64,000 bases of DNA from a virus (taxonomy: Duplodnaviria; Heunggongvirae; Uroviricota; Caudoviricetes): the IMG/VR virus record IMGVR_UViG_2541047873_000001; one strand, 5' to 3'. Each line of letters begins with the position of its first letter. Positions within the stretch are counted from its first letter, which is position 1. The notes beneath the pieces are model-generated. The model searched no databases. It was not told the origin of the DNA and saw nothing but the letters and a program-made list of their open reading frames with translations. The translations under genes and the position numbers were made by a program. Shown piece by piece: positions 10,263 through 22,300 of this stretch.

Positions 10263-11948
10263 ATGGCAACGAAAGACAAAAACAAAGGCTTTCTGTCGGC
10301 ATTGAAGAAAGCCTTCAACAGTGGCGATGTCACGCCTGCTGATCCGGTCGTTTTTACAAGCGGTCATAGTGTCGTTGCGCGTTCTGGTCTGTCTGCTTTA
10401 CGTCCGGGTATCCTGGGTGGCAATAGCGATGGCATGACAAGCGCGGCAGATACAGTATCAATTTCGGCAGAACTGCCCGGCGACCGCCTGCAAAAATACA
10501 ACATACTGGAGACGATGGCGAAAAGTCCGACTATCTCCACAGCATTAAACATTCACATTGCGCATTCTCTGGCTCCATCAAAAAAAACAGGCCTCGCATT
10601 TATTCTCGCTCCGAAAAATGGGGCAGATAAGGAGGCTGTAAGTCGATGTGAGGAATTGACCGCTGATTTAAGCTCAATGATTAATGATGGCCTGCCATCG
10701 TGGGCCATGATCATGGCTATTTTCGGTGTGTCGTATATCCGTCCATATGCAGAGCAAGGGAAGGGGATAACTGGAATTGAGTCGAGCTATTACACGCTCC
10801 CTCATTTCGTTCAGGAGTTTTATCGCGGTAGCCAACTTGTCGGATTCAGCGGTGATTACATTCTGGATACGCATACTTTGCGCAGAGTTATAACCGAACC
10901 ATGGAATCTGGTTTCCATGAAAAACCCGTACTGGACGCCTCAGCATAATGTAATGCCAGTAACTTACGGCACTAAAGGCTATTCCTTGCTTAGTGAACAG
11001 CAGGACAAGCCGTTAATGGAGACGCAGAACTACGGTACGTCATTTCTTGAATACAGTTATGAACCCTACCTGAATTTATGTGCCGCGCTTGCTGCGCTGA
11101 AAGCAACGCGAAACAACGCTGCAAAAATTGATCGCCTGATTGCACTCACAACGAACACGATAGATCCGGTAAATGCGGCGAATTATACGCGCGGGGTCAG
11201 CCAGGCACTGAAGCGTCATAGCGACCTCGTAGCGCAACGGTCGATTAATTCTAATGCTCTCCCATCTGTACTTAACCATCTGATACCCGTCATGGGGGAT
11301 GGGAAGAACGGGATCACCATTGATACGCAATCTATACCCGCAGATATCAGTGGTATCGAAGACGTTATGTTTCATCTCCGACAGCTCGCGGCAAGCCTCG
11401 GTATTGACGCAACAATGCTTGGCTGGGCTGATCAGATGAGTGGTGGACTTGGAGAAGGCGGTTGGCAGCAAACAGCTATCCAGGCCGCCTTACGCGCGAA
11501 CTGGATCAGACAGGCCGCCCAGCGGACTATTTATCGGCTTCATGACATTCACCTCGCTTATAAATACGGGAAGGTTTACACCGAAAAAAACCGTCCTTAT
11601 GACGTGCAATTCAACTCAATGAACACAGCTATCCAGGAAGAGGAAAACCGAGAGCTGGATGCGCGCGCCAACTTCGTAGCTGTCATCTCGCAAATAATGG
11701 ACCAGATCCAGAACAACCCGAAACTGGCGGGTAGCGACGCGTTTATGCGTTATCTGTTCACCGAACAGCTTTGTATCGACGATGACACTCTCAACGTAAT
11801 GATCAAAGAGTTTAAAGCGAATGAATCAGAGCAAAACAACGAGCATGGTATGTACGAATCCGCGCCGTTGTCGTCCGGTGACGATCCGGAAAACTGGACG
11901 CAAGAACAATTAATCAACTTTGCAAAATTTGTGATGAGCAATAATTAA
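10263..11948 (+). CDS. Putative portal protein (Prt-like, positional)
   Basis: 561 aa, followed by a 332-aa gene, mirroring the P1 prt-pro pair; no Walker motifs, so not a terminase. Confidence 0.4.
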   Translation: MATKDKNKGFLSALKKAFNSGDVTPADPVVFTSGHSVVARSGLSALRPGILGGNSDGMTSAADTVSISAELPGDRLQKYNILETMAKSPTISTALNIHIAHSLAPSKKTGLAFILAPKNGADKEAVSRCEELTADLSSMINDGLPSWAMIMAIFGVSYIRPYAEQGKGITGIESSYYTLPHFVQEFYRGSQLVGFSGDYILDTHTLRRVITEPWNLVSMKNPYWTPQHNVMPVTYGTKGYSLLSEQQDKPLMETQNYGTSFLEYSYEPYLNLCAALAALKATRNNAAKIDRLIALTTNTIDPVNAANYTRGVSQALKRHSDLVAQRSINSNALPSVLNHLIPVMGDGKNGITIDTQSIPADISGIEDVMFHLRQLAASLGIDATMLGWADQMSGGLGEGGWQQTAIQAALRANWIRQAAQRTIYRLHDIHLAYKYGKVYTEKNRPYDVQFNSMNTAIQEEENRELDARANFVAVISQIMDQIQNNPKLAGSDAFMRYLFTEQLCIDDDTLNVMIKEFKANESEQNNEHGMYESAPLSSGDDPENWTQEQLINFAKFVMSNN

Positions 11949-11961
11949 CCGGAGGGAAATA

Positions 11962-12960
11962 ATGCAATCACTGAATACCGTTACGGATCGCTTCTCCCTG
12001 GTAGAGAAAATCCGCAAACACACACCTCAGAACAATCGCAATTACGTTATCCAGTCGGTACGAGACACATTCAACTCGCCAGAAACAAAAGAGCGTATCG
12101 CACTGGGTGAGATGTATGGTTATTACGGTCATGGTCGCCGGGCGATGCACTATAACAAAACGAAAAGCCTGGACTTGCCGGAAGTCTCTGTTGTGATGGT
12201 AGATGGGAAGCCTGTTGTATTGGAGAACGTGCCGTCAAACAGGACTATCGACATTTCAATTGACGACAACGGCATTGTTACCCATACACAGGAAATACTG
12301 GATACGGACACCGGACGTATTGTTCAGGGTATGATTAATTCTGGCGCAGGTGGTTGGTCATGGGCTACATCTGGTCCAGATTACTCTGTATCCCTGGTAA
12401 AGTCTTTTCACGGTTTTGATTACGTAACTGTGCCTAACTATATCAGCCTCGACAAGAAAAGCCTGATGCTTGAATCAGCAGAAGAACGCGACGCGGCGAT
12501 TCATGCGGCACTTATCGAACAAGGTTTTACCGATAATGCTGCTACGGATCTGGTTCACCACTTTTCAGCAATGAAGAGTCAGCAAGCCATATTCGAATCA
12601 GCACAACGTGAAGTTCTGGAGTCGGAACTGATACATCTTGAAGTGGAAAATATGCAGCTTCGCGACAAACTACGCGACCAGGCCGCGATGATGGAAAGCC
12701 AGGGGGAGAACGCGAAGAAATGCCGCCGTATTTTGCGTGATGCTATCCAGGAAATGCCTGTTTTTATCAGCGCAGAACAGCGCCGGGCGCTCTGCCGTAT
12801 GCAGTCAGAGGATGATGCACGCATTGTCGCAGCGATGCTTGAATCCCTGGGGGCTAATGCCACTTATGGTCTGCCAATATCAGCCAATAAACAACAAGAA
12901 ATACCGGTGAAAGAGAACAAGACGGTGACTCCGCTGATCTTTGTGTCTAAGAGGATGTGA
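11962..12960 (+). CDS. Putative head maturation protease or scaffold (Pro-like, positional)
   Basis: 332 aa directly after the portal-like gene; coiled-coil C-terminus. Confidence 0.35.
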   Translation: MQSLNTVTDRFSLVEKIRKHTPQNNRNYVIQSVRDTFNSPETKERIALGEMYGYYGHGRRAMHYNKTKSLDLPEVSVVMVDGKPVVLENVPSNRTIDISIDDNGIVTHTQEILDTDTGRIVQGMINSGAGGWSWATSGPDYSVSLVKSFHGFDYVTVPNYISLDKKSLMLESAEERDAAIHAALIEQGFTDNAATDLVHHFSAMKSQQAIFESAQREVLESELIHLEVENMQLRDKLRDQAAMMESQGENAKKCRRILRDAIQEMPVFISAEQRRALCRMQSEDDARIVAAMLESLGANATYGLPISANKQQEIPVKENKTVTPLIFVSKRM

Positions 12961-12973
12961 GCTAAAAGCTAGC

Positions 12974-12990
12974 TTAATTTTCTAACACAG
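12974..12990. promoter_or_regulatory. Operator-like site (TTAATTTTCTAACACAG)
   Basis: Copy of the dispersed AATTTTCTAACA motif, 14 bp after the stop of the upstream gene. Confidence 0.5.
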
Positions 12991-13159
12991 TGTGTTTTTA
13001 TACACTGTTGATCCGACGGCACGTGATCGAGTAGGATCGCGGTCACTGCTCCGGTAGCGACTGCCAAAAAAAGCAAAAGCCGCTGAGTAGCGGCTTTTGG
13101 GTGTATAAATCCACTGGCATAGATTTATACGGTAGATAGATTTTTCACGGAACTATCTG

Positions 13160-14122
13160 GTGAGTATTTTAAATTCAGTTTCAGTTACTTTCAACACTTC
13201 TGAGTATAAAAACAACACTGAATACCACAAAAAAATCAAAGGTCATCAGTTGAGTTTTTTTGCTCGTCATAGCGGTTTTCTTTCCCCTTCACATAGCGCC
13301 ATTATTGCCGAGTTCGCCAACCTGGCAGGAGCTACCGATGAATACATGATCCGTCGCTCATATGCGGATATGTCCGAGATTACAGGACGCAGTATTTCTA
13401 CTGTGCGCCGGGCATTTGCCGAAGCGACGAAGTGCGGAATGCTTGTTAAGCAGCATCAGGTAGCGAATAACAATGCTCAGGTGTGTAACGTGTACCGGTT
13501 TACAACACAATTTCTCCACTTCATTCATGTAGCAATGGAGATAGGGAGTAAGCAGGGCATCAAATTTGCCAACGCCACAAAACTGGTTAAGCAGTTGATT
13601 TCAAAGGTTCGTTATTTTTTTGAAACTGGGAACCCCCTGTTCAAATTGAACAAGTCCCCCCATGTTCAAAATGAACAGCCAATAGAAAATAAGAGTCACT
13701 CTATAGCCAAAAGAAGAGAAAGATCATGCGCGGTTCAGCCAAAGGCTTCACCAGCAGATAGTTCTCAAGCGGATAATGGGGGGCTGGATAAAAAACCAGT
13801 AATCAGGGAAGAACATACCAACCACTGCCTGGCGGCGGCAAAAGCGAGAGCTGCAAAGCGTCGTTCAGATGAGGGGCACGCAAAACGGCAGGCTCTGTAT
13901 CGTACCGCTGAAAAGCTGGCAAAAAAATTTGCATGGATACGTAGTGCCGCTACAGCAGTGAATAAGCCTAAACAATCCAGTGCCCTGGATTTCTCAATGG
14001 ATTATTCTGGCTCCCAGGGGTGTGCAAACATTGGTGAAGCCTTTGACCTGATGAAACAGCGTGGCTATCGGTCTGAATTTGACCGGGAAGACTGGTCAAT
14101 TCCGGAGGGCTTTCGGGGATGA
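13160..14122 (+). CDS. HTH DNA-binding protein, possibly from a replication or kil module
   Basis: 320 aa; winged-helix-like segment MSEITGRSISTVRRAFAEATKCGMLV; basic C-terminal half; operator sites on both sides. Confidence 0.4.
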   Translation: MSILNSVSVTFNTSEYKNNTEYHKKIKGHQLSFFARHSGFLSPSHSAIIAEFANLAGATDEYMIRRSYADMSEITGRSISTVRRAFAEATKCGMLVKQHQVANNNAQVCNVYRFTTQFLHFIHVAMEIGSKQGIKFANATKLVKQLISKVRYFFETGNPLFKLNKSPHVQNEQPIENKSHSIAKRRERSCAVQPKASPADSSQADNGGLDKKPVIREEHTNHCLAAAKARAAKRRSDEGHAKRQALYRTAEKLAKKFAWIRSAATAVNKPKQSSALDFSMDYSGSQGCANIGEAFDLMKQRGYRSEFDREDWSIPEGFRG

Positions 14123-14177
14123 TGTTGCGATTGACTGTACAATAACCGTGCGGCGGGAATTTCATCGCTCGAAAATG

Positions 14178-14210
14178 TATGTTAGAAAATTAAATTGATG
14201 TTTCTAATCA
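14178..14210. promoter_or_regulatory. Bipartite operator upstream of the icd-ant locus
   Basis: tatgttagaaaatt..N..tttctaatca inverted half-sites; a further weak half-site at 14269-14277. Confidence 0.55.
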
Positions 14211-14284
14211 AGAATGTATGATTTACATTGTCACTAAAAAACAGCATTTGATAAAAATTCTGTTGATCTTTCTAATGTTCAGGC

Positions 14285-14520
14285 TTATATTCATGCCGTC
14301 GTAGCAAATTCTGCGACCAGGTTTGACAGCCTGAATACTTACGCGGACAACCGCACATTTCCGATATTGCGGTATTTTTGTGTCCGTAAAACCACGTTAC
14401 GCCCGAATTATGGTGGGGCGTGATGGGGAGGCTTCGGCCTGCTGGTTTCGTAAGTGCCAGTCTGTCAACCCTGTCACGTCCTGCCACCTGTTTGACAGCG
14501 GGTCGCAGGTTGTTTATCAA
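14285..14520 (+). ncRNA. Candidate C4-like antisense RNA or immI leader (approximate bounds)
   Basis: ORF-free leader before icd with a UUCG-loop hairpin (gaggcttcggcctg) and repeated ttgacag / ctgtcaa complementary elements, resembling the P1 c4-icd-ant layout. Confidence 0.3.
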
Positions 14521-14537
14521 CTTACGAGGCCGTAACT

Positions 14538-14762
14538 ATGGTTAATGCCAATCATTGCTCACGTCCAGAATTCATCTGGCGTTTCCACTCCCTGCAAAAA
14601 CATTGTGATCACTTCGCAATTGCCGCAACTGAAAAAGAAGCCCGTTCTCTGATCCCTGATCAGTATGGCGTTCTCACTGGTCGTTTCTCTACTTCCCCAC
14701 AACCAAACACTAATCCCTGGTATCGCAATATTACCAATCCCGGCATTGCGGAGGCTCACTGA
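14538..14762 (+). CDS. icd: Icd-like cell division inhibitor
   Basis: 74 aa immediately upstream of and overlapping the Rha/Ant gene; paralog of 52369..52584 (EFIWRF..C..H..AATE.EAR motif). Confidence 0.55.
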   Translation: MVNANHCSRPEFIWRFHSLQKHCDHFAIAATEKEARSLIPDQYGVLTGRFSTSPQPNTNPWYRNITNPGIAEAH

Positions 14763-15469
14763 TGGATATCTGCATTCTCGAAAAACTATCAATGACCAGC
14801 ATTGAGATTGCGGAGCTGGTGGGAAGTCAACACTCTGACGTTAAACGTAGTATTGAGCGTATGGTTGCTCGAAGCATTATCCGAAAACCGCCAATGGCTG
14901 TTTTCGAAAAAATCAATAACTTAGGATTGCGTCGTGGCGTTGAGGCTTACGTCTTCGAAGGCGAGCAAGGCAAACGAGACAGCATTATTGTCGTTGCGCA
15001 GCTCTCTCCGGAATTCACCGCCCGGCTGGTGGACCGCTGGCGCGAACTGGAAGAACAAGTACGCCAGCCGTTGACCGAAATAGAGATGATCGCTGCAATG
15101 GCTGCGAATGCAGTTCAGCAGCAAAAGCGGCTTCATGCTGTTGAGTCAAAGGTTAGCCAGGTCGCTGAAACCGTCGAGCAGATCAAGAAAGGCAACATAC
15201 CAGAAGGCTACATTGGCTACCGCCAACTGGCGGCGAAATGCGGCCTGACTGAAGCCAAATGCCGTAACCTGGTCAACGCTTACCGGATCCCCACAGATAC
15301 GCATGAGTTTTTGACGCCAGAGGGGGTATTGTCGCGTCGTACTATTGTGGCCTTATCTCCCTTCATGAATGCCTTTACCCTGATGATGTCGGAGGCTGAA
15401 CACCGAGGAAAACGCTGGTATCACCCAAGGATGGGGCAATTCCAGGTAATCGGTTGGGGAGGCGAGTGA
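14762..15469 (+). CDS. ant: Antirepressor, Rha/Ant family
   Basis: N-terminal TSIEIAELVGSQHSDVKRSIER (Rha-type) and conserved central/C-terminal blocks shared with 52584..53525. Confidence 0.7.
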   Translation: MDICILEKLSMTSIEIAELVGSQHSDVKRSIERMVARSIIRKPPMAVFEKINNLGLRRGVEAYVFEGEQGKRDSIIVVAQLSPEFTARLVDRWRELEEQVRQPLTEIEMIAAMAANAVQQQKRLHAVESKVSQVAETVEQIKKGNIPEGYIGYRQLAAKCGLTEAKCRNLVNAYRIPTDTHEFLTPEGVLSRRTIVALSPFMNAFTLMMSEAEHRGKRWYHPRMGQFQVIGWGGE

Positions 15470-15666
15470 TGGACATCATGCAGGCGGTAAAAAAAATCAG
15501 GGAAGGACAGGCTGAAGTGTGCCGCCGTAAAGCATGGAGTGTTGGTGTATGGGTCTGGCCTGATAATAGCTCTACTACTGGATGGTTTTGTATTAATGGA
15601 TACCAGATCCGGGAAGTCGATTTATCGACGGCGGATGCAGTCGGTAATGATTGGATCGTAACTTGA
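15454..15666 (+). CDS. Small DUF2829-like (Tad2-like) protein
   Basis: 70 aa, AVKKIREGQAEVCRRKAW...DAVGNDWIVT; homologous to the C-terminal extension of the second Ant copy. Confidence 0.45.
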   Translation: MGRRVMDIMQAVKKIREGQAEVCRRKAWSVGVWVWPDNSSTTGWFCINGYQIREVDLSTADAVGNDWIVT

Positions 15667-15674
15667 AGTGTGAT

Positions 15675-15699
15675 GCCCCGGCTTGGCCGGGGCTTTTTT
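15675..15699 (+). terminator. Rho-independent terminator
   Basis: gccccggcttggccggggc hairpin plus a T6 run, between convergent genes. Confidence 0.65.
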
Positions 15700-16183
15700 A
15701 TGCCTCATTAGTTGAGGTTGCTGCGTCTCCGACTGGTAACAGAGCTGTATTGCGTGGTTCGCCAGCAGGCCAGCGATAGCCAGACACTCTTGATGTTGGG
15801 AATGCGCGAATATTAACAGCATCCCCCTGGTTCCCACCCAAGACAAGCAGATCGCCATTGGCGCGGTGTCCGACAACAAAGCCTACATGCCCACCGCCTG
15901 CGCGAGTAAATACAACGATACATCCGTATGCCGGTGTATCTAATTTCTCGCCCCAATCCAGATAGGATTTTGCCGACTCAAATCTTGTTGAGCGGATACC
16001 TACACGTTCCAGCATTGCACCAACAAATGCAGCGCACCACGGCGTTTCGTCGTCTTTAATTCCGCTGCGCTTAATATCCCGCCAGAACTGAACGATCTCA
16101 GGATTGTGTTTCGCTCCTTTTATTTCGGTGACTCCAATATTTTTACGGGCCTCAATAAGCCAGCGAGGTTCAATGTTTGCCAT
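15698..16183 (-). CDS. Cys/His cell-wall hydrolase candidate (NlpC/P60 or CHAP-like, TIGR02594-type)
   Basis: 161 aa with PWCAAFVGAMLE and GHVGFVVG motifs typical of papain-like peptidoglycan hydrolases. Confidence 0.45.
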   Translation of the reverse strand: MANIEPRWLIEARKNIGVTEIKGAKHNPEIVQFWRDIKRSGIKDDETPWCAAFVGAMLERVGIRSTRFESAKSYLDWGEKLDTPAYGCIVVFTRAGGGHVGFVVGHRANGDLLVLGGNQGDAVNIRAFPTSRVSGYRWPAGEPRNTALLPVGDAATSTNEA

Positions 16184-16320
16184 ATATTTCTCCCGCTCAT
16201 GGGTTAATAAGTAGGCAAACTATGGTGAGTATGTGATTTTGACGGTAGTGTCGTTCATCCCTGAAAATAACATTCTCCATACCCTCTCAAACCGAACCGC
16301 TTAAGGCGGATTTAACGGTT

Positions 16321-19300
16321 TTGAGGGGGCTTCCTTTGGACAAAATAATTGATTCAATTAGCCAGGCCACCAGCATTGGGGCGCTGATTGAAATTGTTAG
16401 TCGGTTGCATAAACCGCGAGCTGTAGTGACCTTTGGCGTTAAGAAAGTCGATGGCGTCAGTATTCAGAAAACACGCCGGACAGCAAACAACGCCGCAGTA
16501 GATCTTCTTAATTCCCTTCCGCCCGGCTTCGATGGAGCGAAATTAACTGACGAACAGCGTCAGATTCTTGCCGGGTATACCGGTGAAGGCGGCCTGACAG
16601 ATGGTGAGGGCAGCCAATACGAATACTATACGCCACAGTTTATGGCAGAAGGTATATGGGATCTCTTCGGCGACTACGGTATTGATAGCGGTCACGTACT
16701 GGAACCGTCAGCAGGCACAGGTATTTTCCAGGAGACAAAACGGCAGGGCATGATAATGACCAGCGCCGAACTGTCTCCGATCTCCGGTCGAATAAACCAG
16801 CTTTTGCACCCGGAAGATGATGTGAATATCGGGGCGTTTGAGGCGCTGGCGGCGAAAGATGCAATGTATGACCACGCAGTTGGTAACGTACCGTTTGGCG
16901 AAGGGCGTTCCGGCGTCGCCGGGCTTGATCCGGCATATGCAAACGAGAAGAACGTTGGCAATTATTTTGTGCTGCGCACGATCGACAAGGTTAAGCCTGG
17001 TGGGCTAATTGTATTGGTGGTGCCGAATGGCATGACCGATGGTACGAAATACAAAAAATTGCGCGATAAAGTCAGCCGTAAAGCGGAATTTTTGGGCGCG
17101 CATCGTATGCCTTCTGGTACGTTCAGCGAATCCGGTACAGATACCGTGGTGGACGTATGGGTATTGCGTAAACACCCGGAAACCTTCCTGGAGATGATCC
17201 CCGACACGGATGATGCAACGCTCAAATCGGCAAACGTCCTTTGGGATACCTTCCTCAAAGGGAAATGGTTTACAACCGAAGGGAAGCGATTTGTTTACGG
17301 CGACATGGAACGCACCAGCTTCCGCAATACCCTGGTGGTGAAAAAGGACGGTCGTGTATCCAATGAGTCGATGAAAACCGCGTTATCACGCCGCTTTGAA
17401 AGCCGTATTAATTGGGATTTGCTCGGAGTAACTACCCAGGCATGGCAGGGCGCAAAAGTAGGGGATAAGCGTCTTGTAGGCGGTATCTGGCATGAGTTTG
17501 ATGGCCTGAAATGGGTTAAGGACACGACAACCAAATCCTCCGCGCTTGATGTAAGTCGATATGGTGTTTCGACGTTTGGCGATCTGCAGATCGCGTTCCA
17601 GTCAACAAACGGGATTCTGGCTTTGTCATGGGACCAGATATCGGCGATCGCGTCCGACTATCCATCGGTTGTCAGTGATGAAGTGGCAGCAATGATTCGC
17701 TTTGCTGGCAAACAGCGAGAAAAAGACAGGGAGCGCGTTATGCGCGGTGCGTTGATAGGGCAGTTGATCAACAAGGCACTTGATTTGCGTAACCTGGGGG
17801 TGAACGTTGATGACAAACTGGCAGATGCATCCCGCCTGGCGGCAGCAGAAGTTGCGAAGTATGGACCACCGCACGCGATTAAGCTGAATGGGCTTGCTGA
17901 AGCTGGCGCTAAAAACTGGATGACGTTCACTGGCAATGTGAAACAGGATGGTTCCACTTCTGACCTTCTGGCAGGGCGACTTGATGTAACGGATGGTGCT
18001 GCCGGTATTGACTTTACACGTCCGGAACAAGTGATAGCACATCTTTTCAGTGATGTAGCCCTTAATCCTATAACGCTGGGCGACTTTCGTGAGGCGTTTG
18101 CTGGTGAACTGCCAGAGGACGACGACGCGGCCCTTGAATACCTGGCGAAATTTGATGATATCGCTATTGATGGGTATGGCTGCCTGCTGCCGATGGACCG
18201 CGCCACCAGCGGCGATATTGTAACCAAAACAGCATTGCTGGTGGGCTGGCGTGATGCATCAACAGGTGAGCAGAAAGCGAACTTTGAGCGTCAGTTGGCG
18301 AAAATCGAAGAGAAACGCATTTTCACGCCACTAAATAAAGTCACCGTTAATCTGAACGCCCGCTGGCTGGATCGCCGCTTGATAAAAGAGTTCCTGGCAG
18401 AGCAGGGCTATGACGAGTTTAAGTACACTGAACCTGATCTGAAGGTCGTCGATGGCATTCTGGTATCTCCGGACGATTACGAAGGTAAGGACGGGGTATT
18501 TACCGGCTATCAGCTACGAACCGTAAACGGCAAAAACGGGAATGAGTTCAAGAAGGCCAACAATAAAGACGGCTTCCTGAACCAGTTAGAAAACTACCTG
18601 AACGGTGTTAAACCGCGTGGGCAGAACGCTAACGAGTACCTGGATAAAATTGCTCAACTGGAAGTTAGCTTTAACGACTGGTTACGCACCCACCCGCAGG
18701 CGGATCAGATAGCCCGTGACTATAACGACGCATTCAATGGCTTCATTCCGTTCACGCACTCTAACGCACCGCTTGGCCTGGAAGGGATTAGTGGAAAGCG
18801 CATTCCTCTGACTTATCAGAATGAAGAAGTTCGTCGCTTATCAGAAGATGGGCGCGGCATCATGGGATTTGGCACCGGGCTGGGTAAAACCACGACCGCG
18901 CTTGCGCTTGAGGCGTATAACTTCGAAACAGGTCGTACTAAACGCACGTGTATTGTTGTTCCGAAGGCGGTTTATCAGAACTGGTATCACGAGGCACAGA
19001 GCTTCTACAGTGCTGATGCCTTCGCCAATATGATGTTTATCGGTCTGGATGAAGTTCGTGATGACAGCGGAAATATTCTGACCGCTCCGGTGCTTGATGA
19101 AAATGGCGAACCCCGCCTCGACAGTAACGGGCAGCCTCTTACCAGAAATGTTGTGAAAGAGTCCGCCAGCGCCGTTATCGTTCAGCGCATGAACATGATC
19201 CCGTCGTCAAATTGGCGAACGGTCATCATGACAAAAGAACAATTCGCGTCTATCCCGCTACGAGAAAAAACCATCGAGGAGAACTCACAGCAAGCTGTCT

Positions 19301-22300
19301 TTAATGCTGTGGAAATGGGGCGTCTTGACCTGGCGTCTGGTAAACACCGTGATGCGCAGAAGAAGAACAAGATTAAGGATCAGGCCGCGAATACCGGTAC
19401 AACGAAGAAGCAGAATATCCCGTACTTTGAGGATATGAACTTCGATAGCGTGATAGCCGACGAGGGGCATAACTACCGCAACTCCTTTAATGCCGGGCGT
19501 GAAGCGGGACAACTGGCATATTTGCCTAACCCGGCAGTATCCAAGATGGCCCGCGACATGGCTGTAAAAGCTGCGTACATGATGAAACGCAACAACGGGC
19601 GTGGTGTAGTCATGCTGACGGCAACACCGCTGGTGAACAGTCCGATTGATGCCTTCAACATGCTGTCTACTGTCATTCCGCAGGAAGAGTGGATGCGCAT
19701 GGGCATCATTACGCCTGATGATTTCGTTCGTGTGTTTGGTAAAACAGCCACAGTTCAGGTCCAGAAAATTTCCGGGGAAGTGGAAGAGAAGCAGGGGCTG
19801 GTTGGCTTCCAGAACCTTGATGGCCTGCGTGGCATTTTCCATCGCTGGACTACTCTGAAGACTGCTGCGGACGTCGGGGCGACGGTTAAAATCCCTGATA
19901 TTGTCGAGAATACCTTGCAGATCCCGATGACAGGGGAGCAGGAGGCTGCTTATGAAGAGCTTCGTAAGCGTGCACAGGAGTTAAGTAGTAAAGATGCGCT
20001 GACGGTTGATGAAAACGGGCATATCACAAACGAAAAACCGGATGATTTCATCTTCTCCATCATCCGCGACATGGATAAGGTTGCTATAGATCCGGATCTG
20101 TATGCCAGTGCGATTACATTCCAGTTCCCCGTTGAGCTTGCAGACAAGGTAAAAGCTATTGCTGATGCCCTGCCAAAAGTAGCTGGCGGTAAAGTGGCAG
20201 ATGATGCAGACGAGGCCGAAGAAGACGGCGCTGGTGGGCTGGTTAGTACGCGCACCAGTAAGGTAGTGAAGACCACCTTTAGTGAACATCCGGCGCATGT
20301 TGAAATACGTGCCAGCATTGAACTGGAAGCTGAAATACTGAAGGCCATTGCTGCCGCCGGGATTGATATGCAGCAGGTATCACACCCAATCCCGCCGAAG
20401 TATGCCGCGCTGATCGAAAACCTTCGTGAAGGTCTGAAGAACGGTAAACAAATTGTCTTCATTGATGAAAAAGCCCAGCACCAGAAGCTGCGCCGTATTA
20501 TCGCCAGTGCACTGCAAATGCCGGAGCAGGAGATAGGCATTATCAATGCGACGACCGTTAGCCAGGCTGGCGGCATCAAGCTGAAGAAGGTGAATAAGCC
20601 GACTGAACCTACTCCGAATAAAAACGGTGAATACAAAGAAGGGGCATGGGAAACCTACTACAGCAAACTTGCCCAATATGAGGATTATCTCTCAGCTAAA
20701 AATGATGCTGGCCTTGAGGGTATGGAAGGCATTGCCGCCGACTATAACGAAGGGCGCACGCGCATAATTATCTGTAACAAGAAGGCTGAAGTAGGTATTA
20801 ACCTGCATATCGGGACAACCGATATCCACCACCTGACACTACCCTGGACACCAGCCAGTATCGACCAACGAAATGGGCGCGGTGCGCGCGTAGGTTCACC
20901 GCAAGAGAAGGTCAATGTTCACTACTATTGTGGCAAAGGCACATTCGACGACTTCCGTCTGGATACGCTGAAACGTAAGAAAGACTGGATCAAGATGGTG
21001 ATGACCTCCGACATGTCAGAGATCGCCAATGGTGATGCGGATGATGCTGATGAACGCGCCATTATGCTGGCGGCAAACCCGGAAGAACGCCGCGCAATCA
21101 TGGCTCGCCAGGCGCAAGAGCGTGAAGAACGTCTGAAACTGAAAGCACAGCGCGAGGCCAACAATGCTCTCGATATCTACCTGAAAGCGGCAAACGCCGC
21201 TGGAAAAGATATCGGCATGATGGAGACAGAACTGAAAAGCGCGATGGAACAGATAGAGTATTACCAGCGAAATCTTGACGACCTGATAAAAGCGGGTACG
21301 AACAGGAATGGGCAAAAATTCGCGCTTGAGCAGTTGAGTAGCTACAGAAAACGTGCGCGGGTGCTGCGGTTTGCGATCACCAGGGCAAAAGACGCGGATA
21401 CCATAATGAAACGCTCTCGTGGTGATGTGGAGCGCGCTATTAAGTCTGGTGTGCTGGATATCAGTATCGATGTTATTCAGAACCCACAGGAATATATGCG
21501 CACTGACAAGAATATCCTGTTGCATAAAGGTAGTTATTACCGTGCAGTCATTGATGATCGCGAAACAACAGCGATTGTCCGGGTGGAAAAAATTGACGGT
21601 GAAAAAGCACAATACCTCTGCCGTATCGCCTGGCTGGATAGAGCAAGTCGTTACGCTCGATCACCGGGGTCAATCGTTACATTGCCGTTTGACTCTGTGA
21701 TTGAAGCGGTAACTTTTGAAGAGGGGGTAGCTGAATCGCGCGCAACGGCTGCGCGTGGTGTTCAGTGCCACCAGCTATCAACAATACTTACTCGCGATCA
21801 GTTCTATGATGCTATTCGCAATGGGGTAATGAATGTTATTGCTGGTAAACCTGGTAATGCATGGGGCGGTGGGTCAGCTATTAAATACTGGGCATATCGT
21901 ACAGATGATGGTCAGATCGCGCTGTCATCGGCCTATGATGGCGTGATAGGCCAAAAAATCGGGCGAGCATCGGATATAGCACCTGAACGATGGATATATC
22001 CAGATGGCAACGATGAGGCGCTGAAGCGTGAAGTGGCAAAAATACAAGCCAGTGATAACCCGCTGAATATCGTGGACGGCGAGGGATTCCTCCAGGCATT
22101 GTATGGGTATGATTACATCCAGGGAATGCAGGCATGGGGCGCACAGGCAACGATGGATGATGTTGTCCAGGAGTTCGAAAACTGGATGGCTGGGCGTGGT
22201 CTGTCAGGTCGTTCGCTTAATAAAGTCACTTCTGAAGATATTCTTAGCTTGTTCCGCAAACCGTCCGGAGAAGGTCTGGAATCATTCTGGAGGACCGTGC

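Noticed and set aside
10263-11948. The 561-aa ORF as a possible second terminase or ATPase.
   Set aside because: No Walker A/B motifs; PacB at 32024..33532 carries clear ones. Position next to a protease-like gene favours a portal, kept at low confidence.
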